Positions 26,737 to 41,969 of a DNA stretch of 64,000 nucleotides are shown here, in pieces. The notes beneath the pieces were generated by a model. The model was not told the origin of the DNA and ran no database searches. It was given only the letters and a program-made list of their open reading frames with translations. Where the stretch lies: NCBI GenBank assembly GCA_012295275.1, contig CM022672.1:33542001-33606000 (forward strand), read 5' to 3'. A program made the position numbers and the translations under genes. Source of the stretch: Chrysomallon squamiferum. Its lineage: Eukaryota; Animalia; Mollusca. The first letter of the stretch is position 1, and each line of letters begins with the position of its first letter.

Positions 26737-27078
26737 ATTTTAACATAAAGAGTCGGAAAATGTGGCTGACACAGATTACAAAATGTTCCCTCTTCCTGTT
26801 CTGAATGATTCATAAAACTGCTGATGTTTTTACCCAATTGTGTAGACACATTTACAGTTTGACAAAAATATTCTTCTAACCATGGAATGTATATTACATG
26901 CAAAGCAATCTCTGTCGTGGTAGGAAAATGTAAAAAGATCAAAAACATTTGCATTCTTTCTTTCTTTATTTAAATTTTTAAACATATTACGAATATAATA
27001 ATAGCTAACAAATCTACTGGTGGAAATTCTATATGAAAAAATAAAACTATACTAATACACTTGTTTCTCTTACTACAG

Positions 27079-27226
27079 GGTCCTGGCCTCTGTGTGTTCA
27101 ATGATGCACTGTTCACTGAAAAAGACTGGGAAGGAATCCAGATGATCCAGAGCAGCATGAAAGAAAAAGACCGTCTTAAAGTAGGACGCTATGGACTGGG
27201 TTTCAAATCTGTATTTCACTTCACAG
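27079..27226 (+). CDS. SACS: Sacsin-like gene 1, exon 4
   Basis: tactacag| GPGLCVFNDALFTEKDWEGI...VGRYGLGFKSVFHFT G|gtacaa; SRR G-box. Confidence 0.92.
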
Positions 27227-27662
27227 GTACAAATAGAAACTTATCCAGATAATAACAATGGACAAATGTATTGTCACTCTATGAAACATGAATAGGACTT
27301 GTTTATGCATTAAACCCATCACTCACTTACATTAATAAAATGCAATCGGCTATTCCAATATAAAACAGGTTACGGCAGATAACTATTTCAGTGTTATATC
27401 ACAGAATCAATTTTTACTTGTTTTTAACTGTTTTTTTTTTTTTTTTTTTTTTTTCTTTATTAAAATAAATCTAACTCAGAGAGAAATTTGAAAAAAAGAA
27501 AATTTTCTTTAAAGCAGTACACATTTTAACATGACAGTTTTTAAATTGATTTTGCTGCCTTCTACATATTCTTCCTGTTGTTTGTCTTCAATTTAATCAT
27601 CGTTTAAAGAAATATTGGCAAGGTCTATACAACAGATTCAAAATTGCTATGTTTTATTTCAG

Positions 27663-29174
27663 ACTGGCTTTGCATTGTCAGTGGGGAATGGATCCTTTTT
27701 GTTAATCCACATCAACCAAAAGATGAAGTCTGTCTCATGAGAAAACTAGAGAACTTGGATGATCATACACTGGAAGCACTTATCAATGTCTTTGGCGGAA
27801 CATTTGATTTTTCACAATCTTTTCTAAATAGTGGATTCTACAATGGCACTTTATTTTGGTTTCCATTGCGACTGGTTAAATCCGATCTTTCGCAAAACGT
27901 GTATACAGAAGAAAATATAACAAATATCTTTGAAAATTTCATTTCAGAGGCAGAAATGATTCTTCTCTTTCTAAAGTCTCTCGAGAAAATATCTCTTTTT
28001 AGAAGAGCTGGCTCCTTGTCGAATGCAGAAACAATTTATACTGTCAACATAGCACCACAGTATTTAAATCGTGTTCGTAGAGAAAGAAAACTATTCCAAA
28101 TGGAATTTGAACATATCAGTGGCAAGATCGCACCTAAGTCATTTCATTCTACATATCGGTTTTCTGTCGAAACAGTAAAGTTCAGTTCTGGACATCCTAC
28201 CCTATGCAACTCACATGACTGGATGGTGGTGAATTTCTACATGGGAGAACCAGTATCTCAGACCCTCAGAAATCTTTGTTCTGATACTGACCTCTCTTAC
28301 TCACCTTATGTTGGTGTTGCATATCCTCTGACAGACGAATACCTAATGAAAGGACATATTTTTTGTTTTCTACCTCTGCCTCTTAGTGCAGGAAATAATA
28401 CAGGCTTGCCTGTTCACGTCAATGGTTTTTTTGCATTAACTCAAGATCGCAGAGAAGTTAAATGGTCACAAGATGAGGAAAAACAAGATGAATGGAATCA
28501 CTGTCTGATTTCAGAAGCTCTTCCAGAAGCTTACATTATACTCATTAAAGAACTCAGAAAACTATCCAAGGAAAGAAATAATTCCACTGAAGATGTTGAT
28601 CTCTTTTATGGTTCATTTCCTGATGATTCAAAGATTACTGCTCATTGGAAAGACTTCTTGAAGCCATTTTACAAAAAACTGTTTAAAACAAAAGCATTTT
28701 TCAGTGAAGTCGATGGGGGAAAATGGCTTCTAATGAAAGATATTATTCTTGCTCTGAATGAGCAACCATCAGTTGAAGCATCAGTTTTCAATACAGTCAC
28801 AAAGACTTATCTGGATTATGGAAAGAATGTTGTGAAGCTTCCAGATCACATTGTGAAAAAAATTGTGAGCTGTGTGTCCAAAGTCAGTCCAGAAGGGCTG
28901 TGTAACTTGCTGAAAACTTCAGATCAGTACATTCGCTACAGTGATGCGGAAAAACAACATCTTTTGACATATGCTCTCCTCTCATCTTCATCTTCATACA
29001 CTTGCCTTGAAGGACTGACTTTGCTTCCTGTGGTTGATGGATCATTCCAGACATTTGCAAAGCAAAATATCTTTTTCTGTCCACAGAAAAGTCATCTATT
29101 TCCAAGTTTGGAAGGTCTTCTAATCAGACCCACTATTGATCACCTTTGCTACTTTGCCAATATGGCAGACAATG
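27663..29174 (+). CDS. SACS: Sacsin-like gene 1, exon 5
   Basis: ttatttcag| DWLCIVSG..GTLFWFPLR..GHIFCFLPLP..GLPVHVNGFFAL.. AATG|gtatgt; 1512 nt, phase 1-1. Confidence 0.92.
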
Positions 29175-29500
29175 GTATGTAATACAGAAGATAAATAATT
29201 AACGATATCAAAATTATTTCTGTAACATATTGATTAAATATATTATTGGTAACAACAAAAGAAAAATAACTTTTGCTATTTAAAAGATAATTATTAAAAG
29301 TCGTCAGGTATTGCATATGTGAAATAACAAACGTCAAATAGGTGGCTTAATTGTGCATAATTCAAATGTTCTATTGTATATATTTTATAGCGATTTTCTT
29401 TTCTAACATTATATAATTACATAGATTTATATTGAATTATGGTGTATATTTTAATAAAATAAAATGTCAAAGGTATATTTATTCTTTTTTTTTCCCTCAG

Positions 29501-32500
29501 GATATAATAAAATAATAAAAGTCACTGCTGAGATATTTCCAGAAATGGTCAGACTGTGTTTCAGAAACAACAAACTTCATGATTCAAAATATTTGGAGAA
29601 ATCGTCACCCACGTTAGGTGAAAAGTGGTTGAAAGAATTATGGATTTTAGCCCAAGAATTAGGGGTAGACATGATGTCATACATGCAAGATATTCCTCTA
29701 GTTCCAGAATATACACATGATAAAATTATGTTACATCCTCTGAAAGACAACTTCATAGCAGCAACATTTGTGGGGTTTGAACATCTGTCTGAAGAGATTT
29801 GCCAATGCTTACAGAAATTAGGAGTTGTAGTCTTGCCTTCAGTTCCGGACTATATTCAGTCAGTCCTACTAGTAGGAAGCACAATTCCGTACCCCACTCC
29901 ACAAGGTGTTATTAAGACACTGTGTCAGGTTTCAAAGGAAAATATTCAGAATTTCAATGATACAGCAGAGGAATTCATGAAAAATAAGTTTCGGGAATTC
30001 CTATCTTTATGCACAGATATATCCTCCAGTGGAAAAAGTACGTTAAGTGTATTGAAAATATTCAAAACATCAGAAGAAAGATATATCTCAATTGAAGAAC
30101 TGGCTGAAATAGCACCCACACAAATAATTCCAGTTTCATATCCATCAGAGTATTTACATGGGCTTTCTGCTTCATCGCGTAAACTAGCTGAACACCTGGG
30201 AGCTAAAGAAGTTTCCATTCATCAGCTCATTTGCAGAGTTCTTGATGTCATGACATTCCCAAACCAAAAATATTACACTACAGAAAATATTCAAACATTC
30301 ATGAGATTTCTCTGTGAAAACAGTCATGATTATCTTAATAATGTAGAAATTAGTCAAAAAGCTTCAGATATCCATTTCTTGCCTTCCTGTACAAAGGGAG
30401 AATTGAAAAGAGCAAAAGACTTGTTTGATCCTCGCAGTCCATTCCTGCAAAAGTTCTTCTATGGTGAAGATATGTTTCCAAGTGAAGAATTTTGCCAGCC
30501 TAATATGCTATCTGGCTTGGAGAAGCTGGGATTGAAAAAAGATCAAAATGTAACTTCAAAAGAAATCTGTAATTCAGTTTCATTAATTGAAAATATTTTT
30601 GAGCCAGAGATGGTTAGAGAAAAAGCAGAAGCTATTTTGATGAGCTTGGCAAAATGCGATATTTCAGAACATCAATTATCAAAAATAAAGTCATCTCGAT
30701 GGATGCCAGTTCTGACTGAGAGACCTTCATCTTACCCTCAGCATCTTCCCTTTGCTGGAGGAAATGAGAGAAATATTGGCAGACCAAAAGACATGTGCCA
30801 TTTCACTTATCTAAACTTAGTAGGTTCTGTGAAAGCTGTCACCAAAGACAATTTGTTAATGAACAGAACTGATCTTACCCAAAATCCCTGTGTTGATGTG
30901 GTTGTTAAACATGCGAGTAATATCACAGAGACATATTGTGCAGAGGAACATCAGATGTACATGACACAGTTAAATGATGTGTACCACTATTTCAGTGAAA
31001 ATACACTATCAACAAAAATTCAAATCAAGTTAGCCACCATGAGCGTCGTATGGATTGGTGAAGACGTTGGATTTGTTAAGCCTGAAAATGTTTGGATAAA
31101 AGACGAGTCTTCAGATATTGACCTCAAGCCTTACCGGTACATTCTACCAAAATCTTTACAATCTTTCAGTCACATGTTTCACCAACTTGGTGCTTCAGAA
31201 AAACAGAGTTCACAAATGTTGATGGATATATTAAAAGAAATTCAGAAAAACCATGATGAGTGTGTTCATGGGTTGTCAATTTCAACAGATCTTTCACTAG
31301 TTCTGAGAATCCTGAAGGTTCTGAAAGAAGATGAACCTACTAATAAAACAGACTTACTGCTTCCAGTACATAATGATGAAGAGCGACTGGTTCTAAAGCA
31401 GCTGAGACACTGTGTGTACTGTGAATCTGGCCAGTTTTCTTACATCGACGATGAAACAGAAAATAATTATTTTGCTCAAATCCCTTCAGACTTGGCGAGA
31501 GATCTTGGTATTCGCATTTTGACTAACCCACTACTGAATGCAACAGAAGAAATTGATATGAATTATGGACAAAGTGAACCATTAACAAGACGCCTGAGAA
31601 ATCTATTACATGAATATACTGATGGTTTTTCTGTCCCAAAGGAAATTATACAGAATGCTGACGATGCTGGAGCTACTGAAGTGAATTTTCTCTACGATGA
31701 AAGAGAGAATTTGGAAGCAAGAACTGGTTTAATCAATGAAGGAATGGCTTCCTTACAGGGCCCAGCTTTGTGGGCACAGAATGATGCTCAGTTTTCTAAA
31801 TCTGACTTTGCTAACATCACCAAGTTAAGTGGAGGAACCAAAATGGACGATTCTACAAAAATAGGAAGATTTGGATTAGGTTTCAATTCAGTTTACAACT
31901 TGACTGATGTTCCAAGTTTTGTAAGTGGAAATCATTTTGTCATATTTGATCCGCATGAACATTTTCTTGAAAGTCCTGGACTGAAAGCAGACCTTACAAA
32001 GCAGAAAAACAAATTAATGTTGCAGAAAATGAAAAATCAGTTCAAACCATTCGAGAAAGTATTTGGTTGTAATTTACTGCAGTCAGAGTATCCAGGTACA
32101 TTATTCAGATTTCCTCTCAGAACAGAGTTACAAGCACAACGCAGCGAAATTAGTGGTTTGTATTATTCTCCAGCTGAAATGAAAAAATTCATGGACTTAT
32201 TTGTGTCCAGTGCAGGAAATCTGCTGCTGTTTTGTCAGAATGTGAAATATGTCAGAATGTTCCATTTACCCCCACAAAGAAGTGATCCTTCAAAGGCCAC
32301 TCTTCTTGTAGAGGTTCGAAAAGAAGTTAAGAAAAGAAGCACAGAACTTTCTACATCAGTACTCAAATATCTTTCTGAAGTATGGGAGAATGAAACTGAA
32401 AGCAAAGATTTAGTGAACGAGATTATCACAATATCACTTTCTATATTTGACGCAGCTAAAAATGTATTTAGTGTTATTTCATCAAAAAGTCAAGTAAACT

Positions 32501-35500
32501 GGATTATTTCATGGTGCCTCGGAAGAAGAGAATCTGTTGATATAGCAAGGAGAAGGGAACTTAAAGGTCTACTTCCACTGGCAGCAACAGCAATATCAAT
32601 CTGTGACAGAGAAAATGTCATTTTGCCTCTTAATGAATGTCCTGATGGATTTTACAAAAATGGCCATTTGTTTTGTTTCCTGCCATTACCAATTACAGTT
32701 CCTTTCCCATTGCACATCAATGGTGCATTTGCTTTAACACATGACAGAAAACATCTCTGCTCTAAGTCAGAGGATGAAAAAAATGTTTCAAAAGAAGCAA
32801 ACTGGAATGAAGCTCTAATTTCAGATGCAGTATCAATGTCAGTGATAAATGCTTTTGAAGCTTTGAAATCAGTTGGAAATACTGATGGTGAACATTTTTA
32901 TGCTTTGTGGCCAACTTCAGGAAAACAGTATGAAACACTTTTTAAAAGATTTCATCAAATGATTGTTTATGACAATCCTCAGATACTCCTGTATAATTCA
33001 AAATGGGTTACTTTTGAGAAAATGCTCTTGTTGGATCCACAGATACGTTTCAAAGAAGGAACTGGGCTAATTGCATTTGCTGCATTGGAACACTACTACA
33101 GAGGAAACAAAACTGTCATAGACCTTCCTGAAAATATTCTGAACGGTTTTGTTGAGGCAGGACTATATACTGAGATAAAAAGACATACTTTAAGCATTGA
33201 AGAATTTTACCTACAAATCTTCTTTCCAAACATAAATGATCCATGTTGGAATGACCAAGACAGAGACAGCCTTGTTATTATTGCTTTGAAAAGCAATTCT
33301 CCTCAAATAAAAAATATGATACGGGAAACCCCTTGCATACCAACACTTCCTTCAGGGACACTGAGGCAACCAAAAGACTTAGTTCACCCACAAGGAAAAA
33401 CAGCTTGCATGTTTTTTGACTCCGATGGTTTTTTCCCATCAAACTCAAATGAGAATGATTTTTGTACTCCAGATATTCTTTCGGCATTGTCTGACCTAGG
33501 AATGCAAAATGAAGAACTACAGTGGAGTGTGCTCTATGATCGAGTGAAATCTGTTGAAACACTGTCTAAAGTGAACATGAAAGATTCAGTTACGAGATGT
33601 AAATACATTCTGCTTTACCTGGGAGAATACGAATCACATCAAAGTCATATCTCATCTAAGAAAAGATTTTGGACATGTCCACCGACTTTCAAAGAAAAGA
33701 TACAAAATAGCAAATTTTTACCAATCCTTAAGAAACCACAAAACTGGCCAACTAGTTGGTGTTATACGGATAAAGTTCTTGATAGTCCATTGTCATTATA
33801 TTTTGAAGAATGTATAAACATTGGATGTTCAAACAAGTTAATCTTAGATTCATCAAGGCTGAACTTTATGAGAACAAAACAGACCCTTGAGTGGCTTGGT
33901 GTAAAGACTGAATCTGATATTTCTGTTGAGAACTTCATTGAGCATCTTCAGACAGTCTCATCTGTAGAAACAGATAGTCTTGAGGAGGCTGATTTTCACA
34001 AACTGAGCGATGTATGTTCTTCTGTATATTACTGTCTTAATGAAAAATGTTCATTAGAAGACTCTGAAGTAAATAAGTTAATTTCAAAGTCATTGCAAGG
34101 TAAAACAGTTATATTCCAAGAGAATACATTCATCAGCTCAGAACAGATTTCTTTTTCTAAGCTTATTGAACTGAAACCATATTTGTACCCAATGAGCTAT
34201 TCTTTGCATAAATATCATGCATTTCTTAAAGTAATAGGAGTTAAAGAAACTTTTGAGCCTGATTCTGCTGCGAACGTTATGTTCCAGATTGCACAGAAAT
34301 GTGGTCGTAATGCACTAACTAAAACCGATCTTCAGAATTATTCAAAAGCAGCCACCATTTTGGTCCAGCTTATGAAAAGTGATGAAATTGGATGTGCTTC
34401 AAAAAAGTTTACATCATTATTTCTGCCTGATAAAAGAAAAGTTTTACAACCATGCTCTGAACTATGTTTAGATGACTGTGAATGGCTAAGTAACAGAAAC
34501 TCTATGCAGTTCCTGCATCACTGCATGACTGTGGAAGTAGCAAAAGCCTTTGGAATTAAAAGCAAACGACAGCAAGACATGAAATCACATTCGATTCCAT
34601 TTGTTCAGGCTTTCGGGCAACACGAAGAACTCACTAACAGAATAAAACGGATCCTAGAAGGATATCCCTGCGATGTGTCTCTGATGAATGAACTGCTACA
34701 GAATGCTGATGATGCAGGAGCATCAGAGTTGATGTTTATCAAAGATTTCAGAACCCATCCAAGTGAAAGAATTTTTGATGACAGGTGGAAACCTCTGCAA
34801 GGGCCGGCATTGTGTGTTTATAATAACAGTTATTTCACACAGAAGGATTTGGATGGAATACAAGAATTGGGTCTTGGAAGCAAAAGTTTAGACTATACTA
34901 AGACAGGTCACTATGGAGTTGGATTCAATGCTGTTTATCATTTGACAGATGTACCAACATTCCTGACATTTGGACCAGGAATGGAAGAAACACTGTGTGT
35001 CCTTGACCCTAGTTGTCTGTACACGCCAACCGCTGAGCCTGGTGTTCCAGGAGCACGATTTACTAACATATCAGAACTGCGTTCTTCATACAGTGATGTT
35101 TTCTCTTGTTTCCTTGAAAATGAAGTTCCTCTCCATCCACAAGGAACATTGTTTCGGTTTCCTCTCAGAAATAAAGAAATGGCTAAGAACTCAAACATAT
35201 TCAAAAAAGAAATAGACACAAAAGAAATTGAAGAATTATTACGCAACTTCACACTGCATATGTCACAGTCTCTTATGTTTCTTAATAACATAAAAAAAAT
35301 TTCAGTTGCAAGCATAGAGGAAAGTGGACATATTCATATTGAAAATATTGTGGAAGCATCTACACAAGATGATGAAAAACACAGAATGTATTTAAATAAA
35401 ATTGTTGATGAAGTGAAAAAGGCAAGAAATCAAAACCGTGGGCTTAAGGAACTAAAACAAGAACAGGTTGCAGTGACAATGAACATAAAAAATGGTCATA

Positions 35501-38500
35501 AACCTGAGGAAGAAAAATGGCTGATAATTCATCAATTTGGTTTTTCTTACAATGTAGAATTGCCTCCTGAAATAGACGGTGCTTGGGAAAGAAGAGATAT
35601 AAATCTGCTACCCAGAGGTGGAGTGGCTGTTCGACTTGATGAAGAAAACGTCCAATACAACAAAAGAGCATTTTGTATTCTTCCACTGCCCATTGAAACT
35701 GGTCTGCCTGTTCACATCTATGGTCATTTTGCACTAGACCACGAAGCCCGACGGAATTTGTGGCATGGTACTGAAGATTATCGAGCTAGGTGGAATCAGC
35801 ATATGGTAGAAACGCTGATTGTGCCAGCATACATAAAAGCTCTAAATCTGATGCAGATGACATTCCATGAGAATGGCACTGAAAATATTGATATAAATAT
35901 CAAACGATACAATGCACTTTTTCCTGATGGCAAGAAGGCCAAAGACGACTTTTGGAAATCACTGGTTACTGCATTTTACAAAACAGTCTTTCTGGAGAGA
36001 CTTACTTTATTTCCTGTTCTCAAGAGGCTCAAAACATCAAAGGAAATAACCTGGGTTTCTGTTTTTAATGACCACGGGTTTCCAGGATATTTCAATAACC
36101 TTGAATCATTTTATGACCATAAAGATAATAAACCGGATTATTTGCAGATTCAAACTACTTCACGTAATTTCGCATTTACCAGATTCTCTGGCAGCTCAGT
36201 TCGAACTGTCTTCAGTCAGAAGGAAACTGATCAGAAGAGACAGCACATATCAAGTACTAAAGCACTGAAACTTGCTGACGTACTGAAAACTCTTGGTATG
36301 AAAATCATTGAAGGTCCGCTCTGGATATTTAAAAATTTTGTAAGTGCTGGCTTTGGTGAGCAAGTGCAGTGTGTGAAACCAGAAAATGTCATAACATTTC
36401 TGAAATCATGTAATACAGGAGGGATGAGAGATAAATGTTTAATAGGAAAGTTACCAGAAAAAGTCGAAAACACTCCATTTGTTGATAAAGCAACAGTAAA
36501 ACTGGTTATAAAATTCTGCATGAGAGATGATAATATCGAAATTGACGGACTCCCTCTGTGTTTGAATAATGCAAACGAGCTTAGCATTTTCAGCAGAGAA
36601 AATAGAATTTTTAACAATGTTTACAGATCTCATTAAAGGGTCACCAGATAGGTGTTTGCACAAGGATATTGTCAGTTTATTTTCAAAGTGCAAAGAAAGT
36701 CTGGTTTTGAAAAGTATGGACATCAGTGATTTATCTTTGCTGCTGAAAGACACAGTGGACGAAGCTGTGTTTAAACAAGGCAAAGCTGTGGACTGGAATA
36801 GCACTAATCATCCAACAAAACAATGGATTCGACGTTTATGGACGTTTCTTTCTATTGAACTAGAAAAAGAATTCTCTGAGAAACAGTTGTCCATTTCCAG
36901 CTTTGGAGAAATAAGGGAATGGAGCCTATTGCCGGTCACAGTAATTCAGAAAAATGTGGATCAGACAAAAATAATACATCAAGATCAGCTGCATCCCATA
37001 GGAAAAGCTGGAAATGTCATAAACCTCCTGGATGAAACAAATTATAAACTGAAGGAAGCTTTGGAAATTTTGGGATTGTCATTTTACAATTGGAGTCCAT
37101 TTCATCCAGATACACATGTAGTTGAGTTTGCAGCATCCATTGCTGCAGATCCAAAGAACCCACTCTCTGTTCTTCAGGCACTTTCTAATCATCATTATAA
37201 ACAAAATCCAACAGCAGAAGTAGGCTGCACTTTGCTGGATTATTTTTGTAACAATTTGAGACTGCTAACCTCTAACAAGGAGTGGATTATCAGGATGCTG
37301 AACAAATTACCCTTTTTTGTTACAGTATTATCTACGACCAAGCCACTGATAAACTGTGATCCAGTGTTTGTGATAAATGGATATCCCAAAATACCTGCAG
37401 ATGGATTAGAAATCTGGTCTCATGAAATTTGCAAAACTATTTTTAAATCAGAATATTCATTAAAAGATTTGTATAAATTTATGAACATTACTGTTCATTC
37501 CAAATATGGATTTTATAGTAATTTCATTTTACCACGGTTTCAAATTTTACCAAAAGAAGCAAGAGCTATTCACTTAAGATATATAAAAGAAAATCTACTT
37601 AAAAGAGGGTTTGGTTTGAATTTGAATTCTGATGAAGAAATGTTAGCACATGCATTGAGAAACTTGCCATTCATAGAGAGGCTAGATGGTACATTTTGCA
37701 GAGCATGTGAATTTTACAGCAACAAAGTTGACGTATTTTGTGTGATGTGTCCAGACTATGCATTTCCTCCAGCACCATATAATGATGAGGAATGGCATGA
37801 CTTTCTGGTATTTGCTGGCATGAAGGACAAAGTTACTGTTGAAGATTTTGTCAAGTTTGCTTTGGAAATTCAGACAATGAGCAGTGAAGGAATAACAGAT
37901 ATCATTGTACATATGTCCAAGACTCTTACTGAACATTTGTTTAGGAGACCCAATCTGTTGGAAGAAAACCTCGTTTTTAAAATTAGGAACATTAAGTTTG
38001 TGCTACCATTTCGTGTCAAACATCATACACATGGGGAAATACTGATTAATATCCATTCTCAAGCAGAAAATGCATCAAAGTTAATTTCTTTTAATGGATC
38101 TGTGTCTTCTGAGAATTGTTATTTGGTTTGGACAAGTTGCTATATTTGCCCTAAAGTCCCATACAATTTCAATAACATTCTGTCACAGCTTGGTGTTAAG
38201 CTTACTCCAGATAAAGAAAGTGTCATTTCCCATCTCCAAAATATTTCATGTTCTTTAAAGAAAATGAATGAATCAGAGATGAAGAATATAAAAATGTGTT
38301 TGGAAGAAATAATGGAAAGCATATATGAGTTCTTACAAAATAGTATTTCCGAACAAGACAAAAACAGCCTGGCAGATTACTCAGTTATATATCTGAATGA
38401 CATCGGACGTATGGTTAAAGCAAGAGATGTTGTCATTGAACTTGCAGAAAAAGATGCAATTCCAGGCTATATATTTCAGTTACCTAAACGGGTTAGTAAA

Positions 38501-40297
38501 TATTATGCTCTGTTTGAAAAACTTGGTGCTAGCAAGATTGTATCTGCTAATCATTATGCCGATGTTTTGAGACAAAAGCATTTGGAAATTGATGGTGGTA
38601 AATTACATCCCAATGACTGGAAGGTGGTACAAAAGGCTGTAGAGATGCTGTTCAGGTGTTTGTCAGACGAGCATTACTCAAAAGAACTTTCTGATTCCAC
38701 CTTATTTCTTCCAGGTTCACTGGAAACACTCGTTGTGTCCAACAAATTGGTCTTTTCAGATAACCTGGCTCTAGAGGCAAGAGTCTTGTCACTGAATTTT
38801 ACATATTTCATTGGATTTGAAAAGCTTCAGAATAAAGTGTTTAATATTACTGATATGATAAATAAACTTCCAGAACAGCATAGACCAGTAAACCTATCAT
38901 CTTTAGTTCAAGATCATGTTACGTTTGAATGTCAGAGTAAAGCTTTCAGGGGCCCAAATGCATCTGCATATTTGGACCATATTAACACAACCTCTTTTAT
39001 AACAGGTGTGCTTCGACTTATAAATCATCAACAAGCTGACAAGCCTTTCGTAGAAAACATTGTGAAATCAGTTGAGTCAAGGTTTTCTAACATGAATATT
39101 CTGGAAGTAAATAACTTGCAGACAAATTTGATTTATGGCAATGAACCTGTTCAAGGGAGTCAGAGGAATCGAAAATGTTTCATTGAGTTTTCACCTGAAA
39201 ATAAAGATCAGGTTACTATGTATATAGATGAACAAACATGTCAAAACAAAAATGAAATGTCGTCTAAGATAGCAGAAAAACTTGATTTCATGGTAGGTGA
39301 CCTATTTGGTAGAAAAATAATTCATTTAAGTAAAATGTTTGAAATGAAAGTGGAAGATATTTGTTTCTATCTTGATGAAAAAGGAATAAAATCTTTCAAT
39401 TTTATTCCTCAAAGAAACATATCTGTTTTCCCACCATCTGGAACTTTAATTCCTGAAGAATTTCATTTCATGCTCAACAATAATTTTGAGAATTTAGATG
39501 AAAATGAATATGTAGGAGTAGAGATCCACGATCCAGCTATCACTGAAACAGTTGCAGCACAATATCTGGAAAATGAATCAACTGATGCAGTATATATTTA
39601 TGCTATTGTTAAATCCATTGCAGAAGAGGGTGTATCACCCTGTTTCTCAAAATATAAAGTGGAAGTAGAACCTGGAAGAATTGAAGAAATAAATGCAACA
39701 AGATTGTACAAATTTTGTAGAGAAGGAATTAAAATTGACCAGGAACTTGTTGCATCTGATGTACAGCCTTCTATTCCTGATTTATGTGACATTCTGAAAG
39801 AAATTCGGAAGACATTGAAAGAAGCTTGGCGAAGTTTAGATACATGTGACCGTAAAAGAGTGGTAAAGAGACTTTACCTGAAATGGCATCCAGACAAGAA
39901 TCCACCAGAGAGACAAGATATCTGCACCAAAGTGTGTCAGTACATTCAAGACTGCATGGCAAAATTAGACAGAGGTGAAGACTTAAATGATGTTACAGAT
40001 GGAACGTTTTCATGGGAACCTCCATTTCACCAGTCATCATTTTTTGCTAACATGGACAGAAGATCCAGGTCACAAAGGGACTATTATTATAATTACCAAC
40101 AGCAATCAAGAAATTCCTCTTTCTCGACATATTCTGCTTTTGGTTTCCATTCAGCCACAAGACAAAATGCCTACCCACATAAACAAGAAGCAAGAAGATG
40201 GCTGCGTCAAGCAAACATTGATCTGGAAATGGCAAACAAAGCACTTTCAAATCCAGAATATGATGCTTTCAACTGGATCTGCTTCAAATCTCATCAG
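29501..40297 (+). CDS. SACS: Sacsin-like gene 1, giant exon 6 (SRR2, SRR3, J domain, HEPN N-half) with one frameshift at 36608-36612
   Basis: ccctcag| acceptor. SRR2 YGQSEPLTRRL..QNADDAGA..GRFGLGFNSVY; SRR3 FGQHEELTNRI..GHYGVGFNAVY; J domain KRLYLKWHPDKN; HEPN EARRWLRQA..WICFKSHQ |gtgaga. ORFs 29464-36636 and 36569-40306 join if 2 nt are added (or 1 removed) at the T5 run. Confidence 0.93.
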
Positions 40298-40594
40298 GTG
40301 AGATAAATGTTTTTGAAAATAATGGATTTATTCCCTTTTTGAAGTTTCTTTCAATAGCAAATGTTTCATTTTCTACACATTTTAATAACAGTGGAATGTT
40401 TTAAAAAAGATTATTTTGACTATATCATTATTTATTCAATTTATAATTTAATAAATAAGATTTTAAAGAAATACGTCAGATTGAAACAAAAAATAAATAC
40501 ATATATAAAAGGTAAACATATCAAAGATAAGTAGAAGAGAAAGTTATGTTATTATGAAATGATATTTTTACATGTATATCTATATATAGATCTA

Positions 40595-40710
<116 letters not shown>

Positions 40711-40753
40711 TACATACATACATAATATTTAAATTTCTATTTTATTTTATTAG

Positions 40754-41059
40754 GCTGCTGAAAAGGCTTTGAAAGCCATGCTTTATAATCAGGATGCTCG
40801 TAAGGCTGACGAAGTCAGAACACATGATCTTCATTCCATCACATTTCACTTACAATCTGCTGGATCTTACAATCTGGTGACCTTGCTGGATCTTGTGAAC
40901 AGGCTCGAAGATCTTGTTGGTAGTTACAATCGTATGAGATATCCAGATCGCTTGACTTTCCCTCAGATTCCTTCTGATGTGTACAGCAAAGAGACTGCCA
41001 AAAGTACATATGATCTTGCAAGTGCTATTGTGAATTTTGTAAAATGTCATGTGTCTTAG
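40754..41059 (+). CDS. SACS: Sacsin-like gene 1, exon 7 (HEPN C-half, stop)
   Basis: ttattag| [31 protein letters not shown]; phase 0 matches exon 6. Confidence 0.92.
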   Translation, partial: AAEKALKAMLYNQDARKADEVRTHDLHSITFHLQSAGSYNLVTLLDLVNRLEDLVGSYNRMRYPDRLTFPQIPSDVYSKETAKSTYDLASAIVNFVKCHVS

Positions 41060-41933
41060 ATTGAAAACAAATCAGGTAATTATGTTTGTCGTGAAAACAA
41101 TATTATAATGAACTCAAATTAAAAGGATCAAAAATATTCATTAGGTAATCTTTTTGTAAAAACATTTGGTGTTGATAATAATTTCTGTAGTTTCAAAACA
41201 GTTTCCCCAAGTGCTACTACTACTACTACTACTACTAATAATAATAATATGTACGTTCATATCAATAATTAATATTAGTTATAAACATGGTAAAATTTCA
41301 GAATATTATTATAAGCTGAATTAGCATGCTATTTGATACAGAATTAAGTAACATTTCAGAATATTTTACATAAAGAATTTGATAAACTTACAATAATTAT
41401 CACATATGCAATTGTCTAATAAATATTATAGACATAATTATGTTACTTCCAACATATTATTAAATACAAAGTTTGATTTTTTTTTTTTTGATTTTTGCAT
41501 AGGAAATTTTGTAAAATTTTAAAATAGGATGACATGTAGAATTTGTAATAATTCAGTACAGTTTTACATTCAAACCTGGATACACTTTATGAGAAAAAAA
41601 GTATCACGTACAATTTCAGTTTTATCATTCCTAGATTTGTCACTGATGCAGCTTATTTGACTGTTTATTGAAACATTTTTTCATTCGAGATAAACATAGT
41701 CTTGATAATTTACTGTTGATGATAATTATCATAGAAACTTGAGTTGTTTTATAGATATTTCTATTTTTAATTTATTCTGTTTTTCACTTTCAGATTTCAC
41801 TGGACAGGTTATCGGAAGGATGTCAGTTTGAAAGTTGTTATCTATGTTACTATTGCTGTTATTAAAGTCTTGATGTGATGTATAGTTTCAATTACAATTG
41901 CAACATAGAAATAATGCTTGTTCCAGACGAAAA

Positions 41934-41964
<31 letters not shown>

Positions 41965-41969
41965 ATCTT

